Shown here in pieces: positions 7,695 through 16,372 of a stretch of 24,398 nt of DNA. The DNA is from a virus. Taxonomy: Duplodnaviria; Caudoviricetes. The DNA lies in the IMG/VR virus record IMGVR_UViG_3300045192_000015, positions 1 to 24,398 of that record. One strand, written 5' to 3'. The translations under genes were made by a program, and so were the position numbers. The notes under the pieces were generated by a model. It saw only the letters and a program-made list of their open reading frames with translations, was not told the origin of the DNA and did no database searches. How positions within the stretch are numbered: the stretch's first letter is position 1; each line of letters opens with the position of its first letter.

Positions 7695-10600
7695 TCACAC
7701 CTTTGAAAGTAGCATGCGAACGGCCGAGATTTCCGGCCGCGCAGCTGGCGTGCCGGTAATCGTTATCAGCGTTCGCGCATCGAGGTTAGCCGCCGGATAG
7801 GCGGAGCGGATAAAAGTTTGCTCAACTAGGCCGTCGCCGAGTTGGGTGGCGCTCGAAACCGCAACGTTCGGGTAATCACCCGGCATTCCGATTTGAACCG
7901 CTGCTGACGATCCGGCAGGCAAGCGCGCATCCAGTGTGACCAGAACGCGGTTGGTATCTGCGGCGTCGATGGCTCGCGTCGCATAGTTCGCAGTCGTCTG
8001 TATCTCGCCCTCGATAATCTGGATATCGGGGAACAAGAACGGCGTAACGCGTTCTGTGCCACGCAAGATCGCCTCGACTTGAATATCCTCATTCTGGATA
8101 TACTCGTCGAACCGGATCGTTTGCGATGGTGCCGACGTGATCGTTTCACCGCTCGCGCGACGAAGCCTGATCGACACGTCGACCGAAGGGTCTGGATATT
8201 CGACACCGGCGCGAATGATGACGTCCGACATTTTATTCGCTTTGAAAGTGCCGATAGGGATAACCCGCTCAACAGGATCAAACCGACAGCCGATCATTTC
8301 AAACCAAAGGTCCGCTTCGTTGTGAACCGTCCATGTCGAAGCGTTCGACGAGGACAGCAGCACACCAACGGTAAACGGCTGCTCGGAAATAACCGCCTGG
8401 GTATCGATATCGATATTGCCAATCTCGGCAATGAACAAGGAGTGTTCGCCATCGTCTGTCAGAGCGACGAATGCAAATTCCCGACCACCTTGCAGGAAAA
8501 CCGGGAAATTGAAACGTGACGTAAAGACTTCGCCTTCCACCAAGTCAGTGCCGGGGACAAACGCTTCGGCCAGAACCGTTTGCGTTGGCATTCCGATTTC
8601 GACCGTCCGCAGCTGTACCGCAATCGAATTGCTTCGAGAGCCGATCTTTGCGCACATCAGTCGGATGCCCGATAAGCACCACGATTGAGCCAGCGTGAAC
8701 GTCTGTGCAAGCGGATCGTGACCGGTTCCACCTCCACCCCCTCGACCTTCACGGTTTGCAACAGGTGTCGCATTGTTCGCAGCAACATTCGTTACGTTGG
8801 TGACGTTCGTCACATTGTTGATAACGGTGTTGTTGACCACCGGCTGCGGCATCGTTTCGGTTGTCGTTTCAAGCGACGACGTCAGACGATATTCCTCGAC
8901 CGTGATCGAGCCACGTCCGACATAGGTGCAACCCGCTTCGGTTCCGGCAGAACCTTGGAAGTAGATCGACTTCGATCCCGCCGGAATATTCGCCGGAGTG
9001 GTGAAGTGCCCTGTTATGACGCCATCTTCATCCGCAGGGCCAGACACCGTCGGGGTGACTTCAACACCATCGAACTCAACAACCAACAAGTTTTCATTCT
9101 CGATGAAGCCTTCCAGACGGAAATTGACGTCCCGCTGCCGGATAAATTCAGCATTGACTACGCGCTCGCTGACTTTCTCGACCCGTTGTTCAAGTGAGAT
9201 ACCGCTGATGAACTCACCTTCACCGGCTTCAAAAGCCTGCGTTTCAGGTGAAGTCCAAACGGTTTGTTTGTCGGTCCATACGTCTGTCGACGGTTCAACG
9301 CTTGCCCGGCCAGGCATCGGCGTAAACGTCTGATATGGATTGATCTTCATTGCCTTGCTTCGCCTTGGCTGGCGAATGACGGCAACTTCCGAAAATTCCA
9401 GATGACGAATACCGACAAAGGCCGGGAACTCATGCAGGCGGGCATAGATCGGCAGTGTCATCTTGCCACCGAATACCGCTGCCGTCTGCGCAATGCCCTG
9501 ATCGCGCATCGCATCATTGCGAAGCGGATCAACGAAAAGGCCACGTTTCGCGCCAACTTCACGAGCGGACACGTCATTCTTAAGACGTTCCTGCGCGACG
9601 AGGTCGTAAACATCGAGGAGCATTGTGCGTATGTCCTGAATTTCGTCATACGGCACGTTGCGAACGCCGGTGTTTTCGACGAATGGCTTTTGCCCCCAAT
9701 CGTTCGATACACGGGCAAGCTCGATCATGCTGTCCGATATAATCGGCGGGCGCGGGCGCGACACGGCAGACGTGCCCGTCACGTAGACCATTGTGCCGGT
9801 CGTATCCATGCAAACGGCATCAATGCGCGGGAGCTTGTAAGCGTAGTCGATCAGAACATTGGTATCCTTGGCGGCTCCGGTCACTTTGACGGTGTCGCGC
9901 GTGACCTCGTCGGGCTGGATATTTTCGTTGTACCGATACTTGACGGTATAGGTCGTACCGGGAGCGGGTTCCGCTCCGGAGGGCGACCAGTCGATTTGCC
10001 CCTGAGAAAGCAACCAGCTTGAAGGCGACTTGTAGACGTTATCACCCTGCTTGATTTCGAGGATCGCAGTCACCGAAGGGTGAGCGAGCGGATCAACAGC
10101 GCCGGAGAACGGCCCGTGCAGAACGCTTTCGGTGATTTCCTTTTCAACGGTGACACGCCGGACCTTATCGATTGGCGCTTTCGATACCTTGAAGGTCTGT
10201 GTTCCGCGGGTCGCCCCGGTAAACGGGTGCGGCTCCGCATCAACATTGCGCAGGTCCGGCTTTTCATCGACCTCGAAAGGCAAGGACTGGCGGCGGCTGA
10301 TCCGCCGACCGTTGACATAGGCCGTTCCTTCGGAAACCGAAAAACCCTGTTTCCCGTTTGCCTTCGGTCCGAGTGCCGTAATCAGAAATCCATCAAAGAC
10401 GAATGAGCCATTGCTCTCGCGCGAATAGCCTTCAATCGCTTTGTAGATTTCCGAGAAATCAACATTCGTCGACGTAGTGAGAATAACCCCGTCGCGCACC
10501 TGATAGACGGAAACGAGCGGCTTGGGATCGCCGTCCTGTGAGTGTCCCCACAGCACTGTGATCTCGACCCGGCTTGGCCCTTCTTCCATGTAAGCTTCTG

Positions 10601-11015
10601 TGCCGGGGATAGAGCCTTTCAAATCGACGTCGACAACGTCAGTTATCAGGAGTTCCGTGCTCCGGATGCCGATTGTCAGGTCGCCTTTGTTTGGAAGAAC
10701 AAAGGTTGCATCCGGAACGTCGTGGACAATGCCTTCCATATAGATCGGGCAGGCTGGCAAGCGCACCCGGATATGGTCGTCGTCTACGCTCTCGACGACG
10801 GGGTCTTGACCGTCCATTACGCGACCATCTTGCAGGATGTAATCAAAGCCCCTGCGCATATGGTCGATGTTCATCGACTGCATTTCGTTCAAATCAGCGG
10901 ATTGAAGATAGATACCCTTCTTATCTCTGCCGGTGTCCTGAAATGCTATCGCGTGACGGCGGAGCGAACGATCGAACCTGTCGCCGTAACCGGCGCGTTT
11001 AATGATGCTACTCAT
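7695..11015 (-). CDS. Large VrlC/DUF4815-like virion (baseplate/fibre-network) protein, about 1106 aa
   Basis: Starts MSSIIKR after a GGAGA SD; LQSADLNEMQ, VSEGTAYVNG, GLFVDPL, INPY and DPLAQTF motifs typical of this family; lies between baseplate and fibre genes. Confidence 0.8.
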   Translation of the reverse strand: MSSIIKRAGYGDRFDRSLRRHAIAFQDTGRDKKGIYLQSADLNEMQSMNIDHMRRGFDYILQDGRVMDGQDPVVESVDDDHIRVRLPACPIYMEGIVHDVPDATFVLPNKGDLTIGIRSTELLITDVVDVDLKGSIPGTEAYMEEGPSRVEITVLWGHSQDGDPKPLVSVYQVRDGVILTTSTNVDFSEIYKAIEGYSRESNGSFVFDGFLITALGPKANGKQGFSVSEGTAYVNGRRISRRQSLPFEVDEKPDLRNVDAEPHPFTGATRGTQTFKVSKAPIDKVRRVTVEKEITESVLHGPFSGAVDPLAHPSVTAILEIKQGDNVYKSPSSWLLSQGQIDWSPSGAEPAPGTTYTVKYRYNENIQPDEVTRDTVKVTGAAKDTNVLIDYAYKLPRIDAVCMDTTGTMVYVTGTSAVSRPRPPIISDSMIELARVSNDWGQKPFVENTGVRNVPYDEIQDIRTMLLDVYDLVAQERLKNDVSAREVGAKRGLFVDPLRNDAMRDQGIAQTAAVFGGKMTLPIYARLHEFPAFVGIRHLEFSEVAVIRQPRRSKAMKINPYQTFTPMPGRASVEPSTDVWTDKQTVWTSPETQAFEAGEGEFISGISLEQRVEKVSERVVNAEFIRQRDVNFRLEGFIENENLLVVEFDGVEVTPTVSGPADEDGVITGHFTTPANIPAGSKSIYFQGSAGTEAGCTYVGRGSITVEEYRLTSSLETTTETMPQPVVNNTVINNVTNVTNVTNVAANNATPVANREGRGGGGGTGHDPLAQTFTLAQSWCLSGIRLMCAKIGSRSNSIAVQLRTVEIGMPTQTVLAEAFVPGTDLVEGEVFTSRFNFPVFLQGGREFAFVALTDDGEHSLFIAEIGNIDIDTQAVISEQPFTVGVLLSSSNASTWTVHNEADLWFEMIGCRFDPVERVIPIGTFKANKMSDVIIRAGVEYPDPSVDVSIRLRRASGETITSAPSQTIRFDEYIQNEDIQVEAILRGTERVTPFLFPDIQIIEGEIQTTANYATRAIDAADTNRVLVTLDARLPAGSSAAVQIGMPGDYPNVAVSSATQLGDGLVEQTFIRSAYPAANLDARTLITITGTPAARPEISAVRMLLSKV

Positions 11016-11107
11016 GAAATGAGTTCTCCAAGATGGATAATTTTGCTTGCCAACCCAACCCTTTAAGCAGACGGTTGAATTCAATCAGTCTGGTGGGGGC
11101 TTTTCGA

Positions 11108-11344
11108 ATGTACGGACAGGAATTACTCGTCGCGGAGTTGATCGCGCTTCGCAGTTCGATTGCATCACTTGCGAGAGAAGTTCTCGCCAATCAGGGGTCA
11201 GACGCTTTCTTTATGGCGCAGCAGCGAGCGGAAAATTTTGCGGCCAACTCCAAGAATTCTCACGGCCTCTATCACCCAAAAATTCGGGAGCAGGCCACGA
11301 AGATTGTTGGCGATATTTTCAATCAGGCGGACAACGACTTATAA
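11108..11344 (+). CDS. Small antisense hypothetical protein (moron), 78 aa
   Basis: ATG at 11108 preceded by GGTGGGGG. It fills the only large gap in the tail module and reads as a helical protein (MYGQELLVAELIALRSSIASLAREV...). Confidence 0.65.
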   Translation: MYGQELLVAELIALRSSIASLAREVLANQGSDAFFMAQQRAENFAANSKNSHGLYHPKIREQATKIVGDIFNQADNDL

Positions 11345-11352
11345 ACACCAGT

Positions 11353-11871
11353 TCACATTGTCATGATGAAAGTGAACGTCTGTCCGATGGAGCCGTCGCG
11401 AACGATTGGCGAAAACCGATCAACTTCGATCATTCTTCCAATATCGACCACGTCGGCGACAGGGATGAACATTTTCCCGCCGGGGACACCTTCGGCCAGC
11501 TTGGTTCCGACATAGATGCCGGTTTCCCGAAGCGTGTTGTTGTTGGCGTCGTCCAGATCAAGCTGAAAGCGGAGGAACACAAAGCCGGTTGGATCGGTGC
11601 TCTGCGAATATTTCGCGCCATCCGCCATGACAATGTCGCCGTCCGGGTTTGGCACCACGAAATACTTGTCTCGCGTCCGCGTGACACCGACCGGGCTTTC
11701 GAGTTTGGAAAGTACCGACCATGCGGCATCTTGGGCGGCTTGTTCTTCTGGCGTCGAAGGTCGGGGCTGGTCGTCCCATGCTGGCAGACCTTCACCGACC
11801 GCGAGAAAGAGCGTCATATCGTAAAGCGCTTTCGCCAATGCGACGCGCCCGTCTTGGGTAAAGACAGCCAT
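11353..11871 (-). CDS. Baseplate/tail-collar protein (resembles a stand-alone fibre N-terminal domain)
   Basis: AVFTQDGRVALA...LAVGEG...W...TLRETGIY pattern; follows gpI with a 1-bp overlap. Confidence 0.65.
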   Translation of the reverse strand: MAVFTQDGRVALAKALYDMTLFLAVGEGLPAWDDQPRPSTPEEQAAQDAAWSVLSKLESPVGVTRTRDKYFVVPNPDGDIVMADGAKYSQSTDPTGFVFLRFQLDLDDANNNTLRETGIYVGTKLAEGVPGGKMFIPVADVVDIGRMIEVDRFSPIVRDGSIGQTFTFIMTM

Positions 11872-12680
11872 TATTCTGATCCTGTTTGGACACGCGGCAC
11901 CGGAGCGCCGAAGGATTGATGAACAAACGGCGCATTCTGAAATGCGACCGTTGCGGGATTGCGATAATCGACGCGAACCGCAGCCAGTGACGCGAAGCGC
12001 GCTGAGAGCTGATTGATCGGAATGCCTGCCCGAACGGTTCGAACCGTTTCGACATTCTGAATAGCGTTGACTTCGACACGTCCGCCGGTGGGTACAACGA
12101 CTTGTTTGCGATGATTGACGCGAATTGAAACAACAGGCCCGCCGGATTCCTTACGGGTCCCGGACCAAGTGTTGAGGCCCGCGTCACCGTTGAGCCGATG
12201 CTCATTAAGGCGAAACGCTCGCACGTCCCAACCGGCGGTCATTCTTGCGAATTCAGAGCGGAGCGGCTTAGAAGACATGACCAAGCGGGTCATGGGCCGG
12301 AGGAATTGAGTGTTCCGCGGTTCAAACGGCAGGTGAATTTGAAACCACCACCATTTGCGAGCAGTGGCCGGAAATTCCTCAATGTCCCCGTCGTGATTGA
12401 TCCAACGTAAGGATTTGTGGATCGCCGCAGGCGTACCAATTATGCGCTGCCATTGAATGCCCTCGAGAATGACGTCGCGAAGGTTTGGAAGGTACTCGGC
12501 AACTTCGGAGAGGCCGTATTCAGAAACCAGATAGGGAACAACCCTGTCTATCGGGTGAAATTTAAACCCGCGCAATTCGACAATGCCGGGTGACAATTCC
12601 GGGGTCCGGTCAAGGGCCTCCGAAAGCGTTTTTTCCAGCACCGTCGCATTACTTGGAAGCAATGCGGTTCGGTCTGCCAT
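11871..12680 (-). CDS. Baseplate wedge protein, P2 gpI-like
   Basis: LLPSNATVLEK...VPYLVSEYG...GTPAAI...KPLRS pattern; follows gpJ. Confidence 0.85.
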   Translation of the reverse strand: MADRTALLPSNATVLEKTLSEALDRTPELSPGIVELRGFKFHPIDRVVPYLVSEYGLSEVAEYLPNLRDVILEGIQWQRIIGTPAAIHKSLRWINHDGDIEEFPATARKWWWFQIHLPFEPRNTQFLRPMTRLVMSSKPLRSEFARMTAGWDVRAFRLNEHRLNGDAGLNTWSGTRKESGGPVVSIRVNHRKQVVVPTGGRVEVNAIQNVETVRTVRAGIPINQLSARFASLAAVRVDYRNPATVAFQNAPFVHQSFGAPVPRVQTGSE

Positions 12681-13552
12681 TAGTAATCGCGCCCCATATA
12701 GTTGAGTTTGATTGCCCCAATAGCGATTGCAGTTCCCGGAGAGGCAACGACTGGATCTGTTGGCGAAACCATCTCAACTCGTTGAACGCCCGCGAAATGA
12801 AGCTTTGCTTCAATCCATGAAGGAACGAGATCAAAACCGATTGCGGTATCGGAATCCCATGATTTCCGGAGCGCTGCTTCCAGAGGCGATAGATCTATTA
12901 AAGGCGCAGAAGGAAGGAGCCAGACATTTGCCTCGATATCTGTTGTTGTCGTGACTGCGGCCTCGACGATTATTGTGTCGTTGAGGGTGCGAACGCGGTC
13001 GCTTGTGACAATGTCAGTTACCGCACCAAGCATAGCATTGTCGGGAATCCCACCATTTTCGCGGGAGAGAATAGCAATATGGATGATCGGCCAGAAATCC
13101 TCCCGGAAAGCCTTGGCGCTGCGAATGCGCACATCAGCCCGCCGCGCCGCCGCCTCATACCAGTAAGCGCCGCCGCCGGGCGATCTCCCTTTGATTTCAA
13201 GAACGATGCGATCCCTAAAAGGTTCGTCGCCCTCACCTTCGAGGCGATCAACATCATAAAAAGCGGCCAAATGATCCAGGTCAGCACCACCAGCGAAAGC
13301 CAATAGATTAGCCAGAGCGGCATCATTGATGCGCGCGCGGACAAGCATTTCCCGATATGCTTCGGCTTCTTCCGTAATCTGGATGGGATCGGTTTCCAGA
13401 AGCTCGACGTCATAGTCCGGTAATTCTGGGTGCTTTTCCCGTATTATCCGCCAAAGCTCCTTAAGCAGCGCTATGCGCTGAGAAAGGATCACTTCATAGT
13501 CAAGAGTTTCGATGACGTCCGGCTTCGGATAAGTCGTAAGATCGAACGCCAT
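12680..13552 (-). CDS. Baseplate J-like protein
   Basis: PDVIETLDYE, AYREMLVRARIN, A.GADLDHLAA, EGDEPFRDRI, VRTLND motifs. Confidence 0.95.
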   Translation of the reverse strand: MAFDLTTYPKPDVIETLDYEVILSQRIALLKELWRIIREKHPELPDYDVELLETDPIQITEEAEAYREMLVRARINDAALANLLAFAGGADLDHLAAFYDVDRLEGEGDEPFRDRIVLEIKGRSPGGGAYWYEAAARRADVRIRSAKAFREDFWPIIHIAILSRENGGIPDNAMLGAVTDIVTSDRVRTLNDTIIVEAAVTTTTDIEANVWLLPSAPLIDLSPLEAALRKSWDSDTAIGFDLVPSWIEAKLHFAGVQRVEMVSPTDPVVASPGTAIAIGAIKLNYMGRDY

Positions 13553-13554
13553 AG

Positions 13555-13929
13555 TTATTGCCTTTCAAAGAAAACCCGCGTTTGAGCATCTTCCGGTCTG
13601 GAAAAGTCGCCCAAATGTCCCCGCGGATAATAGATGCCGAAGATTTGCAGCGAGAGCTTGCCGGTTTCATCAGCTCTGCTGATCTTGCAACCGGTCACAG
13701 CGAAACGCGGTTCCCACTGTGCTATCGCCATCACGACAGCCGAGTAAACCGCGAGGATGACACGGTCGGTTAGGGGACGGTCGATCAAGTTCAGGACTTC
13801 CGAACCAAACTCCCGGCGCATCACGCGGGAGCCGATAGCCGTAGTCAATATGACTTCAATCGACTGCCGGACGTGTTCGAAGTTCGACAATGGCCGCCCG
13901 TCCACACGATTGACGCCGCTTGAAGACAT
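13555..13929 (-). CDS. Baseplate gpW/gp25-family protein
   Basis: HVRQSIEVILTTAIGSRVMRREFGS...LIDRP...WEPR signature. Confidence 0.95.
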   Translation of the reverse strand: MSSSGVNRVDGRPLSNFEHVRQSIEVILTTAIGSRVMRREFGSEVLNLIDRPLTDRVILAVYSAVVMAIAQWEPRFAVTGCKISRADETGKLSLQIFGIYYPRGHLGDFSRPEDAQTRVFFERQ

Positions 13930-13934
13930 TGGCG

Positions 13935-14120
13935 TCAGCCCTTAGCTTTTTGGAGTTCTTTGTCGTTCGGCTTCTCGACTGGTTTAGGCAAGTCCAGTTG
14001 ATGCCCATAAGGGGGAAGAAACGGTCGCGCTGTAGTTTCAGGCATATCGACCTGTTTCGACGAAGCGTCACGCCAAGTGCCGCCGTAAAACCCGCTTTCT
14101 TTAACAATAACTTCCATCAC
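13935..14120 (-). CDS. Small hypothetical protein in the baseplate module (about 60 aa)
   Basis: Strong AAAGGAAA SD; exactly fills the gap between PAAR and gp25. Confidence 0.65.
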   Translation of the reverse strand: MMEVIVKESGFYGGTWRDASSKQVDMPETTARPFLPPYGHQLDLPKPVEKPNDKELQKAKG

Positions 14121-14132
14121 GGTTTTCCTTTT

Positions 14133-14390
14133 TTAATCGCACGCCCATCGAGACGCGCCAGAAATCAACGTTGCGCCGCAGGCCGTTGCATCGCCATGAC
14201 GAGCAATTGGCTCGCCTTCACATATGAATTTACCAGAGCCGCCAACAATCGGGTTTGATCCGTGTATCGGGCACGCATAGGTATCGCCGCGACGAGCAAT
14301 CAAAGCTCCTTCGCATTCCCATTTTGCTGCCGATGTTGTGATTGAACCGCCGTGCGACCCGGCATCGCCTAACCGGGCTATAAGTGGCAT
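14133..14390 (-). CDS. PAAR-domain spike tip protein
   Basis: Three repeats (IARLGD, IARRGD, PIARHGD) with His/Cys metal ligands (SHGG, CPIHG, CGA). Confidence 0.93.
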   Translation of the reverse strand: MPLIARLGDAGSHGGSITTSAAKWECEGALIARRGDTYACPIHGSNPIVGGSGKFICEGEPIARHGDATACGATLISGASRWACD

Positions 14391-14827
14391 TATCCTAGCG
14401 TTCCGCTGGACGCTCTAAAAGCGATGTTCGGCGCATCAATTGTCACCGTATCGTCGCCTATGAATAACCGGGCACTGCCCTTTACGATAACAGCCTCCGG
14501 GCCGTTGTGAGGTCGCGGATTTGCGTTGGAATGAGTGGAAAAGTCGATAATACCGTCGGTAAGGTCGCCGCTTTCTGAAACAACGTCGACCTGCTGTCCG
14601 ACGGTAGGAGGAATATGCGAGGATATCCCGCCAGCGGCGATTTCCTTCCAAGGCACCCACGGAGAAAGAAAAGGCCGATCCCCATCGTTCTCTATCAGAA
14701 CACGCGCAAGACCTTTATCTAGATCAAGCTTCTCTACGGTGCCTGTTCGCTTGCGATTTGCAGTGCGACGTTCAAGTTCGAACACCCGCCTTTGCATTTC
14801 CACGAACTCATCAATGAAATCAGCCAT
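14390..14827 (-). CDS. Baseplate central spike gpV-like protein (short, 145 aa)
   Basis: RTGTV...ARV...SPWVPW...AGG...PPTVGQQV..SESGD OB-fold signature. Confidence 0.9.
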   Translation of the reverse strand: MADFIDEFVEMQRRVFELERRTANRKRTGTVEKLDLDKGLARVLIENDGDRPFLSPWVPWKEIAAGGISSHIPPTVGQQVDVVSESGDLTDGIIDFSTHSNANPRPHNGPEAVIVKGSARLFIGDDTVTIDAPNIAFRASSGTLG

Positions 14828-15605
14828 GTGTTTCGACCGCTTCTACTTTCGCGATGGAAGGCTCGCCAGTTTCCGCAGATAGCGGCGGCGTGATAAAAAG
14901 CGCCCTCGCCTCATCAAGCGTCAGACCAAACCGTCGTCGCTGTTTTGCTGATTTGAGTTGCACGACGTCCAAGCCAAGAAGATCGCGCATGCTTGTCAAA
15001 TAAGGATGCTTGATCGCTGCCATCTGATCGAGCAGCTTTTGCCATAGCGACGTGGGCGCAATTGGTGCGCCATAGACTGGATCTGGCAGAATGTCGCAGA
15101 GAATGCATTGTTGATGGGCAGCCATCCGCGTTCCCGTTTCAGCATCAGCGGTTCGCCTACGATCCACCTTTGCAATATTGGTGACAAGCCCACGCCAGAT
15201 CTCAGCCCACTCATTGTCGGGATCCATCAGCGCTGCAACAGTCTCGCGGTCGACAACGTCGAGAAACAATTCAAAAGCGGAATCGGTAGCAGGAATACCA
15301 AACCCGATGATCGTGCTTTCGCCGGTCTCCTGATTGGTTTCCGTCATCGAGGCGGCAATGCCTGTTTCAATCAACAATTCAGTCAAACCATTGACCCAAA
15401 GCCTGCGACCAGTGCCGAGATCGTCCGCCTTAGCGCTGTCGGTATAGACTGAAATAAAAGGCTTTTCCTGATTGGTACGCAGACTTTCATCTGCGGCAAC
15501 ATCGAGCGAGCCAATCTCACTATCAAGTACATTGCCTTCAACAGATGTATTACCGCGCAAAGCTTCAATCGTAGCGATGCGCAATGCGATACGGCCAATA
15601 GACAT
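14820..15605 (-). CDS. Hypothetical neck/tail-completion protein
   Basis: Position between head-tail joining gene and gpV; translationally coupled on both sides; KPFISVYTD strand resembles tail terminators. Function from synteny only. Confidence 0.5.
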   Translation of the reverse strand: MSIGRIALRIATIEALRGNTSVEGNVLDSEIGSLDVAADESLRTNQEKPFISVYTDSAKADDLGTGRRLWVNGLTELLIETGIAASMTETNQETGESTIIGFGIPATDSAFELFLDVVDRETVAALMDPDNEWAEIWRGLVTNIAKVDRRRTADAETGTRMAAHQQCILCDILPDPVYGAPIAPTSLWQKLLDQMAAIKHPYLTSMRDLLGLDVVQLKSAKQRRRFGLTLDEARALFITPPLSAETGEPSIAKVEAVETHG

Positions 15606-15976
15606 CAGGAATGCCCCAACTTCAAAACAATGAGATTGCTATAGCGATCAGAAACCGCAGCCACTTCAAACCACGGCTTGCCGTCCCGATCATTGGCCCG
15701 CACTTTGTCGCCAGCTTGCGGCATCGGGCCATTATAGGTCGAGCGATCAAGGAATAATTCAGCTTCGCCTAATGAAAGGCGAGAGCGATATGTGCCGGTA
15801 GGTCCGGGAGCGTGAGAATCATCACCGCCGACATGAAGTACGGCGGTGGGGACTTCAATCATGGGCCGCGCTGGATCAGCCACCTGCCCTTTCATAAAAG
15901 ACAGACGAACTGACTCGCCATAGCTAAGGCCGATCTTCTGATCGACCATAGCTTCAAGTTTTCGCCAGTTCACCAT
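15605..15976 (-). CDS. Head-tail joining (head closure, gpFII-like) protein
   Basis: Size, position after capsid and DUF2190, and the P..GD.V...WFEV..V beta-barrel pattern. Confidence 0.7.
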   Translation of the reverse strand: MVNWRKLEAMVDQKIGLSYGESVRLSFMKGQVADPARPMIEVPTAVLHVGGDDSHAPGPTGTYRSRLSLGEAELFLDRSTYNGPMPQAGDKVRANDRDGKPWFEVAAVSDRYSNLIVLKLGHS

Positions 15977-15982
15977 GAGCGG

Positions 15983-16306
15983 TTACACCGACAAGCGAAC
16001 CGCGCCGGATCCGGAAGGATTGGCAACCGCTTCAGTTGCGTGACCGATGAAGGTATTGCCCGATGCAGCTGTCGTCAGAACCTTATCTGCGGCAATGTAA
16101 TAGACTTTGGCACCAACGGTCCAAGCCTGCGCTTGTTCTTTGGGCAATTCAAAGACGCCTTCGGTCGCAATTTCGACCGGATCGCCTTCTGCAGCTGAAA
16201 ACTCTGCAACGCCAAACAGACTACCAATGACAACAAGGTCGCCGGATTTCACATCGGCAGGAGCTGGCACAGTAACCGTCTTGCCGGGCTGGATATAGTT
16301 TTTCAT
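15983..16306 (-). CDS. DUF2190-like capsid cement/decoration protein
   Basis: MKNYIQPGKTVTVPAP..VKSGDLVVIG.LFGVA...EGVFELPK...G.KVY signature. Confidence 0.9.
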   Translation of the reverse strand: MKNYIQPGKTVTVPAPADVKSGDLVVIGSLFGVAEFSAAEGDPVEIATEGVFELPKEQAQAWTVGAKVYYIAADKVLTTAASGNTFIGHATEAVANPSGSGAVRLSV

Positions 16307-16342
16307 GGGAATAACCCTTTTGAATATCGAAACGGGAGGAAT

Positions 16343-16363
16343 GGCGGATCAATCAGATCCGCC
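16343..16363 (-). terminator. Hairpin 3' of the capsid gene (mRNA stabiliser or weak terminator)
   Basis: Perfect 8-bp inverted repeat GGCGGATC-N5-GATCCGCC; poor U-tract. Confidence 0.5.
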
Positions 16364-16372
16364 GATGTTCGT

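Noticed and set aside
11016-11084. Longer start for the DUF4815-like gene
   Set aside because: The SD supports the ATG at 11015; the extension lies in the divergent intergenic region.
11047-11919. 290-aa plus-strand ORF
   Set aside because: Mostly the antisense shadow of the collar gene and overlaps the more protein-like 78-aa ORF; no recognisable motifs.
254-14827. Tailocin, eCIS or T6SS locus
   Set aside because: Complete head, terminase and cos modules are linked, so this is a DNA-packaging phage.
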